NCBI RefSeq assembly: GCF_006345805.1
Contig: NC_042997.1
Coordinates: 104,408,001 to 104,472,000, forward strand
Source: Octopus sinensis
Taxonomy: Eukaryota
Reading direction: 5' to 3'
DNA: 64,000 nucleotides
The position numbers and the translations under genes are program-made. The notes below the pieces were generated by a model that saw only the letters and a list, made by a program, of their open reading frames with translations, had not been told where the DNA came from and ran no database searches. Each line of letters begins with the position of its first letter. The first letter of the stretch is position 1. Below, in pieces: positions 1 to 13,999 of this stretch.

Positions 1-10
1 ATATATAATG

Positions 11-75
<65 letters not shown>

Positions 76-639
76 AATATGTTATTATATATATATAGAT
101 ATATAATTATATATACATATACATATGTGAGTTTGTGTGTGTATGGGCAGAATATTTAGCATACTGGATTTCATGTTTAGAGGCATTTCATCTGTCTTTA
201 CCTTCAAATTCAGCTGAGGTCAACTTTTCCTTTCATGCTTCCTGGATCGATAAAACAAAAAGCTGTTATCACTGGGGTCGTTGTAGTCAACCTATCCCTG
301 ATTTCGAAATTGTTGGTTCTGTGCCAAAATTCAAAACAAGTCTCGTAAGTTTACCTTGTGATATATCTGCACGAAATCCATCAAATTTTGAATTAATTAA
401 AATTACATTGTTGTATTTTGGGACAGCATTTTTTTACCTCTATCATTCCTGAATTTGTGGCCTTTAAGCGTAACCCTGGTACTCACATCCACCGCATGTG
501 CATTGTGAATAAGGCAACTGCATGATCAAGGTTTACTTGAAGCTAAAGCTTAATTTAAGGTTTCTAGTCGGCAGTCAAGTTGTTCTGCATGAAGTGATTT
601 TTGCTATATGTATTTAATAATCTACTAAAGGCACAAAGC

Positions 640-815
640 CTGAAATTTAAGGTGAGGCGGCTAGTTGATTACATCGACCCCAGTGTTTCACTAGTACTTA
701 ATTTATTAACCATGACGGAAAAGATGAAAGGTAAAGTCGACCTCGGAACTTAGTGACGGCGAAATACCACTAAGCATTTCGTCCAACGTGCTAACGACTC
801 TGCTAGCTCGCCGCT
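640..815 (-). mobile_element. SINE family B
   Basis: Reverse complement of GGCGAGCTAGCAGAGTCGTTAGCACG...GAGGTCGACTTT. Confidence 0.85.
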
Positions 816-1841
816 TTTATATATGTATTTAATAATACGTGACTGAATAAAAATAGTTCGTTGGGATGTATCAATAATCGATATTACCGATGTGTCCACT
901 TGTACGATATTGATTATTTTATTGATTTTAAATAAATACAGTGACTGTTGTCAGCAACCATAATCTTATTTTACTTGAAAAACTATTTGTTACCAAACAT
1001 CGTTTATCGAGGGTGTCTATTCTAATTATATCCGTAAAAGTAAGAAGACACACAAAGTATATGAATACGAACATTAAATTTTGACATAATAATCCTCCCT
1101 ATTATTGGTACATTGAAATTCATTGTCAAGGGAGGCTAATCGATTACATCGAACCCAGTACATAACTTGTGCTTATTTTATCTTAACCGAACATATGAAA
1201 AGCAAAATTGATCTCGACAGAAATTAAATCTACAACGTAAAAAGCCGGATGAAATATTGCTATGCATTTTGTCCGGTGCGCTGATGCTTTATCCTTTTCA
1301 CTGCATTTTGACATAATATGATGCGGTTTAAATTATTTTGTTCTTAGAAAGAAGTAGAGGTTTCAATCTGCATTTGCATCAATCATGTTCAACCTATCAA
1401 CTGTAGATATGACATTCAGTTAAAAACTACATAAATCGTATGAAATGTACTTTCTCAGGGCTCAAAAAGCGGGAACATATAAGGCTTCACTGACAACAAA
1501 GAAAAAAAACGAATAAATAAATAAAGAAAGAAAGAAAGAATTAAATAAAGAGACAAAAAAGCGACATTTAATATCAATGAGATATAAAGATGTGGTCATC
1601 AAAGCGGTGTACATGTCTTTTTTGTTTAACACAAGCAATACAATTTTGGCAAACGTAATTATAACTTTGATGCTGATAATGAATAATGCATCTGTTTCAA
1701 ATAATAAGTAATATCTTGAGTCCAACGGTTCATTTACCACCAGTTGCAAAAACAGTACATTGAAAATATTGAATTCTCATTAGCAGAACTGCATGCATAA
1801 ATGTAGAGACCATTTGTGCAATTATAATGTTATAATGTATG

Positions 1842-1878
<37 letters not shown>

Positions 1879-2787
1879 AATGTATATATATATACGTATG
1901 TACATATATATATATATACACACACATGTATAGTTGAAATTTGACACAACCCTTTCATATATATATACACGCACACACAAACACACATATATATACAAGT
2001 ATGTACGTAGATATACAAATATGCATTCATACATTAAAAAACACAATAATATATTATATTCATGTACACCTGCATCCAACCATCCCTGTATGTATATCTG
2101 TAACTAACTATACATATCCGTATATGCATACACACACACACACACACATACATACACACACACACACATATATATATATATGATTACATAGAAGTAGGTA
2201 TACTTGAATGTATGCATACGTAGCTACCATACGTATATGTGTGAGAAACATGCATACGTACATATATGAATACATAGAATAGATACATACATACATACAT
2301 ACATACATGCATACATGCATATATACATACATACATACATACATACATACATGCATACATACATACATACATATATACATATATACATGAAGGGATAGGT
2401 GCAGATGCATCTGAACATAAAATATTGTTATTGTCGTCTTTTTAATTATCACTACAATAATAATGATGTACATCGAACTATTTTATTAGGGCGATTGATT
2501 ACTTTTGTCATCATTCTATCCATTGTCTATATGCGTGTACATCTCCTCCCACTAGGAGTTATTTTCCTATTCGCACCACCCTGATACTTCAAAGTACTTT
2601 TTTGTCACGTGAATTGTATTTGCTATATTCTATTATTTCCTTTCATTCGTGGTTTTATTGCAGCATAGTAAGTTAATGTTTGTTTAATACCCATCAATAG
2701 TAACAACAAAGCTGAAATATATATGGATTTATGTGTGTGTATCTGCTTATCTCTCAGTCACCTATCTCTCTCTAACTCTCTCATCCA

Positions 2788-2846
<59 letters not shown>

Positions 2847-2890
2847 CATACATATATACGTCTTCGTCTTTTGTTTTTTTCGTAAACTCT

Positions 2891-2920
<30 letters not shown>

Positions 2921-2926
<6 letters not shown>

Positions 2927-3087
2927 TGGTGTGGCTACGTGGTATTACTTTGCTTCCCAATACATGGTTCCGGGTTCACTCCCACTGCGGGACAACTTGT
3001 GAAAGTGTCTTCTACTATAAGCCTCGGTCCAGCCATTGCCGTCTGAGTGGTTTCGCTAGACAGAAACTGAAAGATATCCGTCGTGTA
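2921..3087 (+). mobile_element. SINE family A 5' half
   Basis: GGTTCCGGGTTCACTCCCACTGCG...TGTCTTCTACTATAAGCCTCGG. Confidence 0.8.
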
Positions 3088-3923
3088 TACACACACACAT
3101 ACACACACACATGCACATACACATATATAATTGAAAAACTTAGAGTAACAAAATGGAATACGGTTGGGCATTTATTTTTTAATAACTACTATTGTTTCCA
3201 CGCAGCATAGTTTTCCAGGTGTGCAGGAACTTAAATTATGCAACTGTTTCCTTGCATTATGAAATTTAGTTGTGCTTCGTCAGACGATGTGTAAATATTG
3301 TCTCCGTAAGTTTAAAATCCTCGGCTTCAAGAACATCCGATCTGTCTGTCATGGCCTGAACATAGTAATAGTCACTGAGCTTAACAGGGAGCTTTACTGC
3401 TGAAGGGCCATTGGCAGACTACTTTGAATGTTGCAAGATCATTTTGTTGTGCTGCACTGCAGTCGGAAGCTGGTTTGCGATTAAGGAAGTAATCTTGAAA
3501 TTAATCTGAAAACATGGCGTAGTAAGAGTATGCGAGTAAAGATTTTCTGTGCTATCCAAAAGAGTTATGTCACGACTGATATTACACATAACGATATTCT
3601 ATATCTCCTTTTTTTTTTTTTGATAAATACTTCTGATGCTTTCATGCTTGCAGAAATTTTGTATTTTGCCAAATAAATAAATGAATAAAATGCAAGTAAA
3701 ACCTACATAATTTCTTAGCGAAATAGGTGAAGATTACTGATCAAGAACGCGTTAACATTTGAATGTTAATTCATAAAAATATATTAAATAATATCTAAAA
3801 AGTTTGCATTGCAACACATGTAGAATAGTTAATGGAAGAACAAAAGACATATATACGTACATCCATATGTATATATGTATGTGCTTGTGTATATATATAT
3901 ATGTGTAAAATATATATATATAT

Positions 3924-4238
3924 GAGGGCGCGTGGCTTAGTGGTTAGGGCATTCGGCTCATGATCGTAAGGTTGTGAGTTCGATTCCCGGCGACGCGTTG
4001 TGTCCTTGAGCAAGACACTTTATTTCACGTTGCTCCAGTCCACTCAGCTGGCAAAATGAGTTGTACTTGTATTTCAAGGGTCAGCCTTGTCACTCTCTGT
4101 GTCACGCTGATTATCCCGAGAACTACGTTAAGGGTACACGTGTCTGTGGAATGCTCAGCCATTTGCACGTTAATTTCACGAGCAAGCTGTTCCGTTGATC
4201 GTATCAGCTGGGACCCTCGTCGTCGTAACCGCGGAGTC

Positions 4239-4240
<2 letters not shown>
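3924..4240 (+). mobile_element. tRNA-derived SINE, family C (young copy)
   Basis: A box TGGCTTAGTGG at 3933, B box GAGTTCGATTC at 3976, central TGTGTCCTTGAGCAAGACAC; about 98% identical to 10817-11143. Confidence 0.95.
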
Positions 4241-4298
<58 letters not shown>

Positions 4299-4444
4299 GT
4301 ATTCATAAAAATATATTAAACATTTAAAAATGTGCATTGCAACACAGGTAGAATAGTTAATGGAAGAACAAAAGACATATATACGTACATGCATATGTAT
4401 ATATGTATGTGCTTGTGTATATATATATATATATCTATGAGTGT

Positions 4445-4490
<46 letters not shown>

Positions 4491-5750
4491 ATGTATATAT
4501 ACATATATATGTATATGTATATATACACACACACAAATATAGATACATACAAACATATATATATTTAAACACACACCCACTCACACCACACACGAATATA
4601 ATTATTTTAGAATATTTGAGAGAGAGTGAGAGTAAAAGAAACAGAAAGAAAGAGAGAGAGAGATGTTTTTTTATTCACTGAGAAGAGATGAATTACAAAA
4701 CTCAGTAGCTAAACGCAGAATATTCTTTAGTACATTATACCTAGAAAGCTGATATTCCCAATACTCTGAGTTTCACGTGTCCAATATCCTAGCTATTAAT
4801 GCGATTTCGTTCTCACTTGAATTATGATTTTTTAAAATACATTTTGAAATATTGCATAAAACATATCAAGAAAATACTTACAATTATGTTATATTTTAAA
4901 TTGTGCATCGTGTGCAAATGTGACTATTTCAAGTTCATCTATTTCGTTTCTGGATCTTTGTGGGAATATCTAAACGTCTTATAAATCATACACGTGAATG
5001 CAGCCTGAGGATTGTCCGCATGAAATGAAGCTGTACTATTTTAGTACAGTTTTAGTAACATTTTAGGTAATATTTCAAATTTTTTTCTTTGGTTTCACTC
5101 GTCGAATGTAGTCTGAGTTTAAGTGGCTTGTACCTATAAAAATATTACGTACTTTTGTGTATACAATGTACTAAAATTCTAATCTTTTATTTGAACTGTT
5201 ACGGCCTTGTAGCAAATTTAATTTTTCGGTCAAAGATCATGCTCCTCGTTTCTTTTGACAGAACCCAACCGATGTGTCCCGAGCCCACGGTTCGCTGTAC
5301 AGGTATTACGTCCAGTCAAAAGGTTGATGACAGATCTGCACAGTAACCACTTGGATTTCCAACTTGTGTGGGCATAGCACCCATCTAGGTGACGCACTCA
5401 ATCGCCACAAGTTGGTTACATGTTATTTCATATGCCCTACAGATCTTTCCAGTTCAAATGCTTGCCGTTATTTCATATAACTCAATTGCATTCCATTTAT
5501 GCAAATTACCTAAGTCATAAAAGTGTACAATATTTTTGTGAGTATGTCTGAGTGCATCGTTTGCTGAAGTTATGGGAGGACAACTACTGTATTGATGACC
5601 GTTATCCACTTGACTTCAGACTATAAAACTATCGTTTCTGTAATGATATAACATTTTTGAGAATCTTTGATTCTTAGACTATATGTATATACACATGTGT
5701 GTGTATATACACACACACGTACATACATAATAACGCATACATACTGACAG

Positions 5751-5836
<86 letters not shown>

Positions 5837-6029
5837 TAATTTAAATAGAGAGATTCAATAGAACATCCAGTAATTTATTTATATCATAATATAACATAAT
5901 ATACTAAGAATATAATATGAACTAACATTTAAAACATCATTAAAAAACCATAAGAAGCAACAATTTGTTTCAACTTAACTACATTATTTGATTCATAAAC
6001 AATTCAATAACTTATAAAAGTCTCATGGA

Positions 6030-6310
6030 GGTTCAATGGCTCAATCTGGCCAGCGGACTCGCGGTTTCGATTCCCAGACCGAGCGTTGTGTGTGTTTATT
6101 GAGCGAAAACACCTAAAACTCCACGAGGCTCTAGCAGGGGGTGGTCGGCCCCTGTTGTACTCTTTCGCCTTAACTTTCTCTCACTCTTTCTTCCTGTTTC
6201 TTGGATAACGCTGCGATGAACTGGCGTTCCGTTCAACTGGGGGAAACGCATACGCCACAGAAACCGGGAAACCGGGCCCATGAGCCTAGCTAGGTTTGAA
6301 AAGGTCACAT
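6030..6310 (+). mobile_element. tRNA-derived SINE, family D
   Basis: B-box-like GGTTTCGATTCCC; TGTACTCTTT..AACTTTCTCTCACTCTTTCTTCCT shared with 21430-21672. Confidence 0.8.
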
Positions 6311-6399
6311 AAATAAATAAATATATGTCTCATGTGCGTGTATAACTTTATAACAGATGATTAATCAACTAAGGTACCATGGGATGTAGCAATGTCTAT

Positions 6400-7300
6400 G
6401 CCATATGCGCCATTGGAATCATAGGACAGAGTGTCCGAATGACAACTGAAAGCGATTACCGTGTAAAAGCGTGTTTACCAGAGACGGTTGATACTATGTA
6501 TTAGCTACTCAGCGACGACTGTCCTGTGGGGAAAACGAAGAAGTACTATCCTATTATCTGACAAGCTTTGTGGTGCAACTCTTTCGTACTATAAACCATT
6601 TTGTGATCAGAGCGCGCGGTGAAGGATGATACAAGTAGAAGCAGAAAAACCCCTCGTGGAAACTGCGATGTGGACAGACCTGCAAGCAGTTAAAGTCAAC
6701 AAGTATCAAGCAGCACCACCCAAAGGGAAGGTGAAACGTCTCCTAAGGGAAAACCAACTGCGGAGACTATTTTCAGTTTCAAGTCCGGCCTCTGACTGGA
6801 TATTGCAAGTGTATCTGAAGGAAAGAATCATCTTTTCAAGATGGTTACCTCTTTTCGATCAGACATGATATTTCTATCCTGGAGCACAAAAACATCCATC
6901 GTGGGCAATCTCTCACACTTGGCATTTCTCTCCAACCGAGGAAAGCTCAATGCTAGAAATTGCGTGATGAGTGTCATGTGAAAGCATGTGATACAAACTC
7001 ATACTTCGATGAAACTGACTGACGTGCTTTCTCAACAACGCATGTGTACTATTTCGTGTAGATGTAGAAGTTTACTTAAGAATCCAACCACTTAAATACA
7101 ACCACCACGGTGACAGCCATGGTAAATGAAGGAGGGTCGTGTTTGTCAAGAGCTCGTATAAGCAACCTTCTAAAGATGAAGACTATTTTAGTCATCGTTG
7201 CTCCACACAAGCAACTTCTACTGACTAAAGAGTGAAACTTTGAATTATAGAAAGTTTTCCAGCGAAGCGAAAGTGCTAGTCACAATAGAGTAAAGCTTGA
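6400..7300 (+). mobile_element. Probable very decayed APE-type LINE (RTE/CR1-like) fragment
   Basis: HFVIRAR...RKTPRGNCDVDR resembles the end of an APE domain; higher GC than flanks; no intact frame. Confidence 0.35.
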
Positions 7301-8872
7301 ACCCATCTTCTTAAGGCAAATTCACAAATTCACATAAAGTATCTCGCAAACTAGATACAAAAACGAAGTCATATAAAATACATATATAGTAAAAAAAATA
7401 TAAAAAAGAAAACGAAGGCGCGATTAATAATAAACAAACACGCGGCCTATTAAGTTTACGCTCAGAAAATAGAAGAACTTTACGTTTCGAACATACGCTC
7501 TTCTTCTAAAAGAATGGACGAGGAGAGAAAAATGAATAGACAAAAGAACGAATATGTCTCAAATAAATTGTTACCACATTCGGAAAAATACGCAGTCACA
7601 CACACATATATGTGTATATATTAATCCATACATTCATAATACATACATATACGCATACGTTTTTGTATGTATACAAACATGTTTATATATTCGAAAGTAT
7701 GATTCAAACTCAGCCTTGTGTCTTAACTCGCTGCTGTGAGCAAATCTGAACTGTACTTGATTTGCGAAACTTATTTACGGCTAGGTGGACTGGGTTATTT
7801 CCAATTTAAGTCCTCAATGATGGAGGTGCCTAATATCAATAGCAGATTTTGTATCACTGTTTGTATGTTTCAATATCGATTCAACTATCCACATAAATAG
7901 ATTAACTTCCACTCCCTTACCAACTTTGTCTTTCTTACATCAGTCATCCTATCTTTCTGTCCGTCAGTTTCTGTCTGATTGACTGTATGTGTGTTTGTAT
8001 TCATCCTGCTTTCTTTTTTTTTTCCCCTTTCCTTCTGTTCTTCTCTCTCCCAGCTCTGTCTCCAGTGTTCTCTGTCAGTCTGTCTGTCTTTCTCTCTCTC
8101 CTTCTCACCCTCTCGACCTCTCACCTCTCACTCTCTTTCGCTCACACGTTTACGGCTATAGACGAAGCGATATCATGTTGATCCTTGTCGAAAATACGGT
8201 AACAATGCAAGTAGGGAAATCAAAATTTGCAACCGGTAATAGAAACCCTACATCTATCATTTCATCAAATGAATAAAGCTGCAATATGAACACAATGAAA
8301 TAAAAGAGATAGGAGGATGACTTTACACATGAGCGGTTAATCGAAAATAAAACTGTTGTGTTAGTAAACATTTTACTCAGCATACGTATGGATTCCTTTT
8401 CTTTGTCTTTTCACCGATAAATGTTATGATGTGACATGTTTGTTTTAGATGTTTGTTGAAACGTGTTTTACCTGCGTTTAGTATTATTCCATTTGAAATA
8501 TTCTATAAAAGATTGCTAATGTTTGGTTAAAGGAGGGTATGAAGATGTATAACAACTATAATAAAAAATAATATGAGGCTGAAACAGCACAAAGACAACG
8601 TAAAAAATAGCAAATAAAAACAAAAGCAAGATAGAACGGGGAACGACAACAACAACAACAATAATAATAATAACAATATACACTCGTTTGTATATACGTC
8701 TTTGTTTATTCCTGTATTTATGACTAAAATGTGGGGTTTCGCGTGGGAAATTTCATGCTTCGGTGAAACTGAATCGTTCGGTTTTCGATGCATACAACTT
8801 TTACCTGGTGTAAATAAATACGAGGCAGGTCTCAAACATGTTTGAAAAACTCTGTCAGAAAATATGTATATA

Positions 8873-8913
<41 letters not shown>

Positions 8914-9453
8914 GCGTGTGTGTTTGTGTGCGTGAGTGTGTGTGTGTTTTTTTTTTTATATGTGCGTGTATGTGTGTACTTGTGTCTGGATGTATGTGCG
9001 TTTGTGTCTACACGTGTAATATACACACACACATTCTAGTTATATATGCATGTACGCATACATACATGTTGAACCGTTAAACCCTACACAATTTTCTCTC
9101 TCTCCGGTCTTCGTACTCTCCCCGTTTCCCCCCCCCTTCTTTTAATCCTTTTTGTCGAAAAGCGAAGCCTCGAATCGTCAAAGACATTTTTATTCTTCCC
9201 GAGCGTTAACTTAATATATCTGCTTGTTGTTCCTTCTCTTGTCTTCCGCACGTGGCTTGTTTGAGATTTTTCCTTATTTTTCAAATTTTTTTTCTTTAGA
9301 TTTTTTTCTCTTTCCGACAAAGAGCTATGCTCGAAGCGTTAACAGCTCTCTCCTTTCACCGAGCATCAAATATATATATTGCTTGTGCATGTCCTCACAT
9401 TCGATTTTCCTTTTTCTCTCTATTTTTTTTAATTGTTTGTTCTTTGAATTGAC

Positions 9454-9503
<50 letters not shown>

Positions 9504-10319
9504 TTGTGTGTGTGTGTGTGGTGTGTGTGTGTGTGTGTGTGTGGTGTGTGTTTATATGTATGTGCATGGCCGAAAGTGCCAGGAAATATGTATATAAGTT
9601 GTATATATATATATATATATATATACACATACATATACGTATAAAAAGGATTTTTTAAAAACAGAATTGCTTTTTAGAAAAGTTATAAGATCTTTTATCT
9701 GGATGTTACTAGGTTTTTGAGGAAGAAGGTTTTATCCTAGTGTGTGAGCATTTTCGGTGTGTGTGTGTGTGTGTGTGGTGTGTGTGTGTGTGTGTATTTG
9801 TATGTACGTATTGCGGGTTATGATTAGAAGCAATGCATTTTATCACAACTTTTGCGCTAAGGTCCATTTGAAGAAACCTCTTCCAATCCATGTTATCGTA
9901 TGCAAGTAAGACAAGTAAAGGTAGGCTTGCTTTTAATGGCTTGGAAACGTTGAACATGAAATTCAACCAAATATTGATATATTGAATGGCTCTCATGCAT
10001 GTATTTTAGATAAGTGTAAAAAAGAGTCTTTCATAAATAAAGTTTGTGTAATGGATAAATTCTTTTTCTCTCTTATATTATCGCAAATACGTGTATTTAA
10101 TGCATTCAAATGTGTATATCTAAATATCTAAATGCTTTCAAATACGTGTATTTAAATGCATTCAAATTACCAATAGTTTGTTTCCTTTCCATATATATAG
10201 ACACACACACACACAGATATATATATATATATATTATATATATTTTAACGTAGTTAAAAATAATTTTTAATCCCGGAGCCAACATTTCCAACATTCTGCT
10301 GCTATTTCAGTTGACAGAA

Positions 10320-10490
<171 letters not shown>

Positions 10491-10580
10491 CTAATTTTAT
10501 CTTTGTAAGTGACAAAGAGATGCATGGCATTGACACATATGTGTGTGTGTGTATATATATATATATACATATAAATAGAT

Positions 10581-10627
<47 letters not shown>

Positions 10628-10816
10628 CACACACACACATATATATATGCATATATATGTGTGTGTTGTGTGTGTGTGCGTTGTGTGTGTGTGTGTGCAT
10701 TGTGTTTGTGTATGTATTTATATGTGTATATGTTTTATATATATGTATATATGTGTGTGTTGTGTGTGTGTATGCATTGTATATGTGTATATGTATATTA
10801 TATGTATGTGTGTTGT

Positions 10817-11143
10817 GAGGGCGCGTGGCTTAGTGGTTAGGGCATTCGGCTCATGATCGTAAGGTTGTGAGTTCGATTACCGGCGACGCGTTGTGTCCTT
10901 GAGCAAGACACTTTATTTCACGTTGCTCCAGTCCACTCAGCTGGCAAAAATGAGTTGTACTTGTATTTCAAAGGGTCAGCCTTGTCACTCTCTGTGTCAC
11001 GCTGATTATCCCCGAGAACTACGTTAAGGGTACACGTGTCTGTGGAATGCCCAGCCATTTGCACGTTAATTTCACGAGCAAGCTGTTCCGTTGATCGTAT
11101 CAGCTGGGACCCTCGTCGTCGTAACCGGCGGAGTCTTTTTTTT
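10817..11143 (+). mobile_element. tRNA-derived SINE, family C (young copy)
   Basis: Near-identical to 3924-4240; ends in a T-run. Confidence 0.95.
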
Positions 11144-12300
11144 ATGTATGTGTGTTGTATATGTATGTGTACATTATGTGTATATGTGTGTGTATGTGTG
11201 CATTGTATATATGTATATTGTATGTGTGTTATATATGCATGAATACATGTATATACATTGCATGTATATATATGTATGCATTGTGTATGTGTATGTTATG
11301 TGTATATATATGTTATATGTATGCGTATGTGTATATGTATACATTGTATGTATGTATATTGTGTGTATATGTGGTATATTTATGTATGTGTATGTAAACA
11401 CTATATATATGTATATATGTATATATGTATATGCATTGTCTATGTATATATATTATATGTATGTATTGTGTATGTATGTTATATGTATATATTGTGTATG
11501 CGTATTATATATATGCTGTGTATGTGTATTGTATGTATATATGTGCTAGGTGTATTTGTGTTGTATTTATATTATGTATGTATGTGTGCGTGTGTTGTGT
11601 GTGTGTGTGTGTGTTGTGTGTGTGTGTTATATGTGTGTATATTATATATAAATATATGTTATATTTGTGTGTTGTGTGTGTATATTATATGTGTGTGCGT
11701 TGTGTGTGTGTGTGTTGTGTGTTTGTATTTTATGTGTGTGTGTTGTGTGTGTGTGTGGGGGGTCAGATATGTGTGTATGTGTGTGGTGTGTGTGTATATG
11801 ATGTGTGTGTGTGTGTGTATGTATGTATATGTAGTGTGTGTGGCCCGCACACACGCGTAGACGCGCACGCGCACGCACGCGCGCGCACACGGGCGGGCAC
11901 GCATGTATACACACACCATCCTACCCCCAAAAATTCTTTAAACAACACACATCTATTTTCGCCACCCTGGAACCATTCAAAAACAGCCCCCCCACACACG
12001 CAGACGCTTGTATACGTGTGTGTGCACGCACACAGGGGCACGCACACTCACACCAGTCTCACCTCCATACAGGCACATATATACACACGCAGCACCATGT
12101 CAAATGCCATCCACACTCATGCATGCGTACACACGCACGCACACACGCACACGCACGCGCACACACACGCACACACAACACCATGACAACCACACACACT
12201 TGACACACAGACGCCATCTGACCAGATACTACAGACACACAGACACATCTATTCACACACACGCAGAGAGACACACATATTCACCTCATCCTAACCCCCC
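11144..12300. repeat. Long degenerate TG/TA tract switching to a CA-rich tract at about 11843
   Basis: Direct reading. Confidence 0.9.
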
Positions 12301-12980
12301 AAATCATTGATGCTTGAAGGAAAGCCAAAAACAGAAAAAAACGGGTACATCTTTCTCAATTCTACATTTCTGCTAAAACGGACAGGTCAGTAAATAAGCT
12401 CGCCTTGAATTCATAATATTCTGTACTGACCCTGAGATGTATAATATATTTATTTTAATCTTTTCTGCCCATTTTTTCAAATATTCTCATCACACTGTTG
12501 TACTTCTTTATGTCCTTAACATGTCCCTGTTACCAAAGACTGTATATATACATGTAATGTGGCAATTATGTAAAAAAACTTTTTTGCATTCATAATATTC
12601 TATGTTACTTTTGACAATCTTTTTCCAAAGAGTGAAACCGGTTAAGTAAATAAACATCTTTTAAATTGCATTTTCAAACCTTCTTTCGTATATGCATATA
12701 TATATAGATATGTATAATAATATGGATAATTTATATATATGCATATATACATATACACTTGTACATACATATATTTATACGCACATGCATATATGGGTAC
12801 AGGACGTAAAAAATCGTAAACAACATGAAAATAGAAAACATGAAATACGAAAACATGGAAAGCGCACATTTTTTTCTAACTATAAAAGAAACAAATAGAA
12901 AAAGAAGGCAGGTAACATGAAGAACAATCCCTTCATCATACGATAACATGGATTGCATTTCGAGTAGATATATATATATA

Positions 12981-13033
<53 letters not shown>

Positions 13034-13999
13034 TATAATATATATATATATATTATATATATATATTACTCTTTTACTCTTTTACGTGATGATCATACGC
13101 TGTTATTCTCAAGACAGTAACGCCCATTCCATTTCGACAAAAGTTTACGAAAGCTATTCACAATTCTTCATCATATTCAGTATGTTATATTTTGTTTTCT
13201 CGAGAGATAATAACTCTTCCATTCAAGAAGTGAGGCGGGTTAAGTATTCATGTATAAATGTTTTTTTGTTAGACTAACTTCTAACATACATCTTTTGAAA
13301 TATCCTTATACCTCATAGGAAAATACCGGTAATGTATGTTAATTTTGGCACGAATATGTTTCTATGTGTTGTTTTGTATAAATCTATATATATACACACA
13401 CACATATATTCATGCATATATATATATACATATATGCATATATATATGTGCATGTATATATGTATATGTATGTATATATTTATATACAGATATATACATA
13501 TGCGCATATTATATAAGCATACATATATAAATATGTTTTTTTTTTGTTCTAGTGCAGCTGTTCGCTTGTATTTGAACTTCTCTCACATCACTTCCATGTA
13601 TTACACAAGAAAGAAATAATGCAACGTACTTTGATAAACGTTAGCACACTAATTTTCAATTACATTGAGAAATAGATTTGTTCGAGTGAGTACTCTTATA
13701 TAAGAAGACCACAGGGAAAATAACTATAAAAATCATGAAATAGAGAGAGAAAGAGCGGGAAAGAGAGAGTCATAATGAGAGGGAGAGAGAAAGAGGGAGA
13801 AAAAGAGAAAGAAAGAGAGAGATTGAAAGACTGAGAGAGGGGGGAGAAAGCGAGAGTCAGAGGGAGTGACTACATGAGAGAAAAACGAACAGTTGTTAAA
13901 CAATTCTTCAGAGCTGACGTCTAATAAGTTCTAAGAACTTTCGGTGTTGTTACCGTGTTAGACTGTAACTTTATATCATTTTATTTTTTAATGAATCTC

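Noticed and set aside
1822-2473. Many ORFs of YIYI/CVCV/HTHT/poly-I/poly-L type, here and throughout the window
   Set aside because: They are translations of stop-free microsatellite frames.
3260-3505. Minus frame after a ttttcag acceptor, interrupted by a single TAG that A-to-I editing could convert to Trp
   Set aside because: No recognisable homology or donor; about 80 codons with one stop is within chance.
3924-3995. tRNA-like A and B boxes
   Set aside because: SINE head: no complete cloverleaf, and it is followed by the SINE body.
10084-10167. About 28-bp direct repeats resembling a CRISPR unit
   Set aside because: Only two copies in eukaryotic context; a simple local duplication.
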